A stretch of DNA of 32,000 nucleotides, taken from Caldimicrobium thiodismutans (GTDB lineage: Bacteria > Desulfobacterota > Thermodesulfobacteria > Thermodesulfobacteriales > Thermodesulfobacteriaceae). Position 1 is the stretch's first letter. Each line of letters begins with the position of its first letter. The translations under genes and the position numbers were made by a program. The notes under the pieces are model-generated. The model ran no database searches and was not told where the DNA came from. It saw nothing but the letters and a program-made list of their open reading frames with translations. Below are positions 25,662-32,000 of this stretch, piece by piece. Location of the stretch: positions 1,230,001-1,262,000 of the forward strand of contig NZ_AP014945.1 in assembly GCF_001548275.1 (NCBI RefSeq). The letters run 5' to 3'.

Positions 25662-26945
25662 ATGTTTAAAGAGCGATGGTATGTATGGCTTTTAACATTT
25701 TTGTTTCTTTTTATGCCTTTGACTCTTCAAGCTTCAAAGGTTAGCAAGAAGGCTAAAACTGTTGATGAATTGATTGCCATGTATGATTCATCCGAGTGTT
25801 TAAATTGCCATGCTGATATTGCAGATCAATGGCAAAAAAGTTTACACGCAAGATCCATCTTTGGCACAGGAAGGACTATTGCAACAATTTTTACCACTTA
25901 CAATGTGGGGCTTAAAAATTTTCCACATGCCGGGGTAAAAGACATCAAGGATGTAAAAGTTGAACACCTTATGCTTTGTGCCAAATGCCATTTACCTCAA
26001 CTTAAGGATGCTGAAGATAGTGTAGCTCAAGAAATTTTGAAATTAGCTGTTGATTACATGCAAGGAGATGAAAAGACCTCTGAAAAAGCCAAAGAAAAAC
26101 TTGAAAAGCTAAATATTAACTGCCTTATCTGTCATCAGAGAAACGCCGTGATCCACAAATGGGTTGATGGTTATCCTCAGAAAGATACTGTTTATGGTTC
26201 AAAAAATGTTGAACACCCCTTTGGGAAAATGCCCAAAATCAAGGCCTTAGATACCATGAAGGAGTCCATCTTCTGTGGACAATGCCATGGTCTTGGACCT
26301 AATTTAGAGTTAGATGAGCCATCTCAGTGTGCAACCCTTTATGGCTATTATCTCTGGAGTTATGCAGCCAAAGGAGGGGCTAAGACCTGTCAGGATTGCC
26401 ACATGAGAGAAAGTGGACTGGGACACAATATTCAGGCCTATAGAGACAAAAAGATGCAAGAGATGGCTGTAGATTTCCATACCTATGCCAGACCTATTTA
26501 CTGGAGGGATGGTGCAGTAATAAAGCCTATGATTTATGCTCAGGTGGAAATTAAAAACAAAACTGGACATGCTATTCCTGATGGCTGACCAACTCCCAAC
26601 AGGCTGGTCCTGGAAGTGACCGCCAAAACTCCAGATGGAAAGGTGGTTTATCATGATAGTAAAATTTATATGCCAGTTCCCCAACAACTTGGAAGGCTTG
26701 ACCGCATGGGAAGAGGACCATATGATAAATCAGGCATCCTTGTGGACTGGGCCTTACATCCCCTTGAGGAAAAGAAAGAGGATTATAGAATCCTTGTGCC
26801 TGCTAAAGAGGGGAAACCAGAATCTTTGGAATATATAGTAGAATTTGAGCTCTGGTATCACCCCTTTGGAAAGAAAGATGATTATTCTCAGCTCTGGAGA
26901 AAGACTACCCAAAAGATCAAATTTACAAGTAAAGAACCTTATTAA
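25662..26945 (+). CDS. secreted pentahaem c-type cytochrome; single frame interrupted by one in-frame TGA at 26586-26588 (selenocysteine candidate, or nonsense pseudogene)
   Basis: The protein has a signal peptide and five CXXCH motifs (CLNCH, CAKCH, CLICH, CGQCH, CQDCH). Track ORFs 25662-26588 and 26616-26945 share one frame, with no other stop between them. The break falls in '...NKTGHAIPDG|TGA|PTPNRLVLEVTAKTPDG...'. The only terminator follows 26945. Confidence 0.6.
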
Positions 26946-26960
26946 GAGGTAATTTGTAAA

Positions 26961-26990
26961 GGGGGGGGAGATTTTCTCTCCCCTTTTTTA
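26961..26990. terminator. bidirectional terminator between the cytochrome gene and rho
   Basis: GGGGAGA-TTTTC-TCTCCCC (26965-26983) is flanked by an A-rich run on one side and TTTTTTA on the other. It sits between convergent genes. Confidence 0.7.
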
Positions 26991-28286
26991 TTGATTCATA
27001 ATACTCAAAAATTCCTCGTTAGATTTGGTATCCTTCATCTTTTCAATTAAAAACTCCATACACTCAACGGCACTCAATGGGGCAAGCACTTTTCTTAAGA
27101 GCCAGACTTTGTGAAGGATATCTGTAGGTAAGAGGAGTTCTTCTTTACGGGTTCCACTGAGATGGATATCAATAGCAGGCCAGATCCTTCTATCTGCAAG
27201 TCTTCTATCAAGAACAATCTCCATATTTCCTGTCCCTTTAAACTCTTCAAAAATTACCTCATCCATGCGAGAGCCTGTGTCAATGAGACAGGTTGCAATG
27301 ATGGTGAGACTTCCTCCTTCTTCTATGTTTCTTGCAGCACCAAAAAATCTCTTAGGTTTATGCAAAGAATTAGCATCAATTCCACCGGAGAGGAGTTTAC
27401 CACTGCTTGGCACCACAAGATTATAGGCCCTGGTTAAACGGGTAAGACTATCAAGAAGAATTACAACATCGTATTTACATTCCACTAATCTTTTGGCCTT
27501 TTCAATAACAACCTCAGCAACCTGAGTATGTTTCTGAGGGGGTTCATCAAAGGTAGAGCTGATAATCTCTGCCTTTGGAACAATCCTTTGCATTTCTGTT
27601 ACCTCTTCAGGTCTTTCATCAATAAGAAGAATTATGAGATAAATTTCAGGGTAATTATTTACGATTCCATTTGCTATATTTTGTAAAAGGACAGTCTTAC
27701 CAGTGCGAGGAGGAGCCACAATAAGCCCCCTTTGGCCTTTTCCAACTGGAACGAAGAGATCTATCACACGAGTTGAATAATTATCTGGTGAGGTTTCAAG
27801 GCGCAACCACTTATTGGGATGAATAGGAGTTAGATGGTCAAAGGGTGTGCGAGTCCTAACTATCTCAGGAGAAAGATAATTTACCTTTTCAATCTTAGCT
27901 AAGGCAAAATATTTTTCTCCTTCCTTGGGCTGACGAATAGTTCCAAAGATAAGGTCTCCGGTCTTTAAACCAAACCTTCTGATTTGAGGAGGAGAGACAT
28001 AAATATCTTCAGAACTTGGAAGATAATTATAATCTCTGAAGCGTAAAAAACCAAAACCTTCAGGTAAGACCTCAAGAAGGCCCTCTACAATGACTTCAAC
28101 ATCTCTAAGAAGTAGGGCCTGAACAATTTGGTAAATAACATCGGTTTTTTTATAAAAGGTATAGATATTTTCTATCCCGAGAGCCTCAGCAAGCTGATAT
28201 AACTCAGTAAGACTCCTTTGTCTAAGTTCAGAAAGAAAAAGAGGACCTTTTTCTAAAGAACTCAATTCTTGGTATTCCCTTTCCAT
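26988..28286 (-). CDS. rho: transcription termination factor Rho
   Basis: The N-terminal Rho_N '[15 protein letters not shown]', the RNA-binding 'GFGFLR', Walker A 'APPRTGKT' and '[26 protein letters not shown]' are all present. Confidence 0.95.
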   Translation of the reverse strand: MEREYQELSSLEKGPLFLSELRQRSLTELYQLAEALGIENIYTFYKKTDVIYQIVQALLLRDVEVIVEGLLEVLPEGFGFLRFRDYNYLPSSEDIYVSPPQIRRFGLKTGDLIFGTIRQPKEGEKYFALAKIEKVNYLSPEIVRTRTPFDHLTPIHPNKWLRLETSPDNYSTRVIDLFVPVGKGQRGLIVAPPRTGKTVLLQNIANGIVNNYPEIYLIILLIDERPEEVTEMQRIVPKAEIISSTFDEPPQKHTQVAEVVIEKAKRLVECKYDVVILLDSLTRLTRAYNLVVPSSGKLLSGGIDANSLHKPKRFFGAARNIEEGGSLTIIATCLIDTGSRMDEVIFEEFKGTGNMEIVLDRRLADRRIWPAIDIHLSGTRKEELLLPTDILHKVWLLRKVLAPLSAVECMEFLIEKMKDTKSNEEFLSIMNQ

Positions 28287-28435
28287 CCTGTCACCTCAAT
28301 TAGAATTTATAGGCTTTAAAATCAAAAGGCTTAATTTCTCCTTTTAAAAGGGTTTTCCCATGTGATTATTAAAAGAATCTTTCAAGAACTAAATCCAAGA
28401 GAAAAAAATAATTAATCCGATAAAGCTCCCCGGGC

Positions 28436-28509
28436 AGGACTCGAACCTGCAACCTATGGGTTAACAGCCCACCGCTCTGCCGAATTGAGCTACCGGGGAA
28501 TTTTCTTTA
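28436..28509 (-). tRNA. tRNA-Asn (anticodon GTT)
   Basis: Minus-strand cloverleaf: acceptor TCCCCGG/CCGGGGA, anticodon arm GTGGG-CTGTTAA-CCCAT, T arm GCAGG-TTCGAGT-CCTGC, discriminator G. Confidence 0.9.
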
Positions 28510-28519
28510 ATATTAATCT

Positions 28520-28577
28520 GTCTTTTTACTTTGTCAAGGCCGTGTATAAGTCCCATATCTTTTGAGATTTGAATCCA
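28520..28577 (-). promoter_or_regulatory. tRNA-Asn promoter with conserved upstream box
   Basis: The minus-strand reading is TCTCAAAAGATATGGGACTTATACACGGCCTTGACA, a 16-nt spacer, then TAATAT, which ends about 10 nt before the tRNA 5' end. It is the same box as at 11727-11761. Confidence 0.55.
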
Positions 28578-28622
28578 AATCTTCTGGTAGATAAAATCAA
28601 GAATATAAACCTATGTAGAAAA

Positions 28623-30173
28623 TCAATTTATTTTTTCCCAGAAAAAACTCTTAAGATTCCTCTCCCCTGAGGAAAACTCAATCCCAATAAGATAAATCTC
28701 TTTGAATGAACCCTCATACTTCTTATGATACCCCTTCTCCTTAAGTTGAGCCAAAGCTTTACCCTCTCCCTCCTCTCCCTCAACCACCTTGAACTCAAAA
28801 AGATATGCCCTATCCCTGTATAGCACCGTTAAATCAATCTGCCCCTTATTGGTTATATCCTCGGGGATTACCTCAAGCCCTGACCCACATAAAAAGGCAT
28901 AAAAACAACTGGCATAATACCCCTCATAACGGGAAAGCTCATTTTTCCTGAACCAATCATGGGGGATCCCTGCGTAAAGACCCTCAAGAACCCTCTTCAT
29001 CTTCTCAAACTGATTTCCCTCAAGAGCCAAAAGAAAATCCCTTGTCTTTAAAGAAACTTCCCCTGTATCCCCTGTAAAATACTCAGCAAGCACCTCATTT
29101 AAGGCTAACTTTACCTCCTTATTGGGATAGGAAAGCTCATAAAGAATCTTATCTGCAAGGCTAAACATTCTTTTTATGGTAAGATAGCCCGCTTGAAAAA
29201 GGAGATTCTCAGGCCGCACTCTATCTATATCAAAGGACCCAATGAGAGTGTCTGTTGCCACAAGATTTTCAAGCTCTGGAATAAAAAAACGCTTCTCCAT
29301 TAAAAGCTTTACAAGAAAACTGGGAGTCCCTGTCTCAAACCAGTAAGGGTGAAAGGTTCTTTTCTCAAGATAGAGAAGCACATCAAAGGGATTGTAAACG
29401 GGTTCACCCAGCCAGGAATAACCATTATACCAGCATTTTATAAGCTCTAAATCCTTATCCTTCAGTTCCTCTCCAAAGACCTCTTCAAGCTCTTTCTGAG
29501 TGTATCCACAGATTTCTGCAAATCTCTTATCAATGGTAATATCATTTAACTGATTTAGCCCAGAAAAAAGGGAGACCTTTGAGAATTTGGAAACCCCGGT
29601 TAGGAAAACAAACTTGAGCTGAGCATCAAGGGGTTTAAGAACACTATAAAAATTCTTAAGCACATCTCTTACTGCCTTTGCGGTCTCTCTATCCTCAATG
29701 CAATCAAGAATGGGTTTGTCATATTCATCAACAAGAACTACAACTTTTTGCTTATACTTCTCGTAACTTTTAAGAATTAATTCTTCAAAACAGCTTCTGT
29801 AATCATCAAGATATTCACATTCTATTTGAAGAGTCCTCTGGCATCTCTTAAGCTGGATAAGAATCCATTTTTTTAATTCTTCGGCACTGCTTACATCTCC
29901 TCCTCCAAAGTCAATATGAATAACAGGATACTTAACACTCCAGTCCCAGTTCTTTTCAAGATAGAGCCCCTGGAAGAGCTCCTTTCTTCCAAGGAAGGCC
30001 TGCTTTAAGGTATCCACAAAAAGGGATTTTCCAAATCTCCTTGGGCGAGAGAGAAAATAATAAGTTCCTTCTTCAACAAGCTTTGCAACAAAGGGAGTTT
30101 TATCCACATAATAATAGAACTCACTTCTAATCTTTTCAAAGCTTGAAATTCCGATGGGAAGTTTTTTCTCCAT
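28623..30173 (-). CDS. AAA-ATPase-like protein with C-terminal PD-(D/E)XK nuclease domain (DUF1703 architecture)
   Basis: The N-terminus 'LPIGISSFEKIR...YYVDKT...FLSRPRRFGKSL' is the predicted AAA-ATPase family signature with a Walker A-like GKS. The C-terminus 'GQIDLTVLYRDRAYLFEFKV' gives the D...E-x-K nuclease motif. Confidence 0.8.
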   Translation of the reverse strand: MEKKLPIGISSFEKIRSEFYYYVDKTPFVAKLVEEGTYYFLSRPRRFGKSLFVDTLKQAFLGRKELFQGLYLEKNWDWSVKYPVIHIDFGGGDVSSAEELKKWILIQLKRCQRTLQIECEYLDDYRSCFEELILKSYEKYKQKVVVLVDEYDKPILDCIEDRETAKAVRDVLKNFYSVLKPLDAQLKFVFLTGVSKFSKVSLFSGLNQLNDITIDKRFAEICGYTQKELEEVFGEELKDKDLELIKCWYNGYSWLGEPVYNPFDVLLYLEKRTFHPYWFETGTPSFLVKLLMEKRFFIPELENLVATDTLIGSFDIDRVRPENLLFQAGYLTIKRMFSLADKILYELSYPNKEVKLALNEVLAEYFTGDTGEVSLKTRDFLLALEGNQFEKMKRVLEGLYAGIPHDWFRKNELSRYEGYYASCFYAFLCGSGLEVIPEDITNKGQIDLTVLYRDRAYLFEFKVVEGEEGEGKALAQLKEKGYHKKYEGSFKEIYLIGIEFSSGERNLKSFFWEKIN

Positions 30174-30248
30174 AGCTTTATTTTAAGGCCTCTTTTTTCA
30201 AAAATCAATGTTAGCTCTTTCCTTATGCAACCCCTCTTTAACCAAGGA

Positions 30249-30328
30249 AGTTTTCATCATTAATGCAGGGGCAGGTTTAAAAGGTCTTCCTCATGCAAGA
30301 GTTTAAAATTTTAAACCTCCTACATTTG
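30249..30328 (+). repeat. dispersed intergenic repeat, copy D
   Basis: AGTTTTCATCATTAATGCAGGGGCAG ... AATTTTAAACCTCCTACATTTG is homologous to copy C (19615-19722) but lacks about 17-29 nt, including the left arm of the hairpin. Confidence 0.55.
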
Positions 30329-30435
30329 ATGGCAATCAATTTTAAAAAAATTAATTCGCCTTTGGTATGTGCGACTGATGTTTAAAGGTCATAATTTTAT
30401 GGTATATTTTCTTAAATCTTGCAAGGGAGGTTCAA

Positions 30436-31992
30436 ATGAAAAGGGTTCTTATGCTTGGGACAGATGCTGTTGCAAGGGGGGCTATAGAGGCTGGAATTTC
30501 TTATGCCACATCTTATCCAGGAACCCCTGCCACCCAGATTCTTGAATACATTGCCAAAAATTCAGATATACTTTGTGAGTGGTCCATAAATGAAAAAGTA
30601 GCCTTTGAAGTGGCTTATGGAGTAAGTATCACCGGAAGAAGGGTTCTTTGTTCCATGAAGCATGTAGGCCTTAATGTTGCAGCAGATCCCTTTATGACTG
30701 CCTCATATCTTGGTGTAAGGGGAGGTTTTGTCCTTGCAGTAGGCGATGACCCCGGGGCCTATTCCTCTCAAAATGAACAGGATTCTCGCTTTTATGCCTC
30801 CTTTGCCAAAATTCCCTGTCTTGAACCCTATGATGGAGAAACAGCCAGGGCTTACACCAAAATAGCCTTTGATATTTCTGAAGAACTGGGTCTTCCTGTG
30901 ATGATTAGGTCTCAAACAAGGCTTCTTCACTGCTTTGCTCCTGTTACCCTTGAGGAAGTTAAACCCCAAAAGGAAGTAAATCTCTATAAAGATCCCCAGC
31001 ATCTTATTGCCATTCCAAGACATGTAATCCCCCTTCATAAAGAACTTAATGCCAAACAATCAAAAATCCTTGAAATATTAAAAAAATATAGATTTAACGA
31101 AATAATTTCGAGAGAAGGGAAAATAGGTATTATTGCTTGCGGGCTTGCTTATACCTATGCCCTTGAGCTTGAAGAAAATCTTCCCATTCTTAAAATTACA
31201 GCCTATCCTGTGGAAGATACTCTTATCAAAGAATTTGTGAAAGATCTTGATGAGGTTATTGTGGTTGAAGAGGGTTATCCTTTAATTGAAAAACAAGTAA
31301 GATGTTATCATCCCAAGGTTAGGGGAAAATTAACAGGAGATCTTCCCTTTGAAGGAGAGCTTGGGCCTGATCCCCTTTTGAGACTATTTGGTAAATCTCC
31401 CTCTACACATCCTGAAGAAGTTCCTCCCAGACCTCCAACCCTCTGTCCAGGATGTCCTCACAGAGAATTTTACAAGGCCCTTCTTTCTGCAGGGCCAACC
31501 TTTGTGACTGGTGATATTGGCTGTTACACCCTCGGGTGTCTCCCTCCTTTTTCAGCTCTTGATACCTGTCTTTGTATGGGAGCAAGTATAAGTAAAGCCA
31601 TAGGAATAGCCAGGCAAGGTGTGAAAAGGGTTGCTGCAGTAATTGGAGATTCCACTTTCTGGCACACAGGTATTCCCGCCCTTATTGATGCTGTATATAA
31701 TAAAGCAGATATTCTTGTTTGCATCTTAGATAATTCTGTTGTTGCTATGACCGGGCATCAACCAACCCCTCACCTTGGAATTACTGCTAAAGGAGAGGAA
31801 ACGAAAAAGTTGAGTCTTGTTGAGATCTGCAGGGCCTGTGGAGTTGATTCTGTGGTGGAAATTGACCCTTTAAAACAAGAAGAACTTGTCTCTGCTTTAA
31901 AAAGAGGCCTTGAAACCCCAGGTGTCCATGTGGTAATCTCAAAAAGGCCCTGTGTCCTTATCGCAGGAAAATTAAAGGAAAAAAAATCATAA
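30436..31992 (+). CDS. iorA: indolepyruvate:ferredoxin oxidoreductase alpha subunit-like TPP enzyme
   Basis: 'LGTDAVARGAIEAGISYATSYPGTPATQILE' begins the protein, followed by 'CPGCPHR' and the TPP-binding 'GDSTFWHTG'. At 518 aa it appears to lack the C-terminal 2x[4Fe-4S] ferredoxin module of long IorA forms. Confidence 0.7.
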   Translation: MKRVLMLGTDAVARGAIEAGISYATSYPGTPATQILEYIAKNSDILCEWSINEKVAFEVAYGVSITGRRVLCSMKHVGLNVAADPFMTASYLGVRGGFVLAVGDDPGAYSSQNEQDSRFYASFAKIPCLEPYDGETARAYTKIAFDISEELGLPVMIRSQTRLLHCFAPVTLEEVKPQKEVNLYKDPQHLIAIPRHVIPLHKELNAKQSKILEILKKYRFNEIISREGKIGIIACGLAYTYALELEENLPILKITAYPVEDTLIKEFVKDLDEVIVVEEGYPLIEKQVRCYHPKVRGKLTGDLPFEGELGPDPLLRLFGKSPSTHPEEVPPRPPTLCPGCPHREFYKALLSAGPTFVTGDIGCYTLGCLPPFSALDTCLCMGASISKAIGIARQGVKRVAAVIGDSTFWHTGIPALIDAVYNKADILVCILDNSVVAMTGHQPTPHLGITAKGEETKKLSLVEICRACGVDSVVEIDPLKQEELVSALKRGLETPGVHVVISKRPCVLIAGKLKEKKS

Positions 31993-32000
31993 AGAGTTAA

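Overview
This window looks like the chromosome of an AT-rich, probably thermophilic anaerobe. Proteins are K/E-rich, GGAGG Shine-Dalgarno sites are strong, and genes often overlap by 4 nt. The gene content (NirJ/AhbD-like radical SAM, c-type cytochromes, IorA) resembles Thermodesulfobacteria-type organisms, but taxonomy cannot be proven from the sequence alone. Most of the window is housekeeping: ribF, surE, argJ, a TSUP permease, ferritin, an FAH-MOSC-radical SAM operon, coaBC, tRNA-Val/Arg, ilvC, hemL, an epimerase, a class II aldolase, tig-clpP-clpX-lon, rho, tRNA-Asn and iorA. I saw no CRISPR array, rRNA, prophage or recognisable multi-gene defence system. Eight things deserve a second look. 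(1) A five-haem c-type cytochrome gene is interrupted by one in-frame TGA (26586-26588) and continues in the same frame for 119 more codons; this is a selenocysteine candidate or a fresh pseudogene. (2) A PilZ (c-di-GMP receptor) domain is fused to orotate phosphoribosyltransferase. (3) Two copies of a bipartite intergenic repeat give hemL and the epimerase gene the same promoter-like and RBS module, and one copy supplies the last codons of the aldolase gene. (4) A roughly 35-nt conserved box, including the -35 hexamer, sits upstream of both tRNA loci. (5) A second dispersed repeat family has two copies, one with a 9-bp hairpin. (6) A small accessory islet lies between the coaBC cluster and tRNA-Val; it holds an internally deleted IS1380-like remnant with inverted repeats and a coiled-coil/PD-(D/E)XK-like orphan. 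(7) Two ORFs below the track cutoff look real: a 50-aa four-Cys protein that exactly fills the argJ-surE gap, and a 53-aa Lys-rich secreted peptide next to a mini monohaem cytochrome. (8) A stand-alone AAA-ATPase/PD-(D/E)XK protein sits upstream of tRNA-Asn. All functional calls come from reading the translated sequence by eye; no searches were run.
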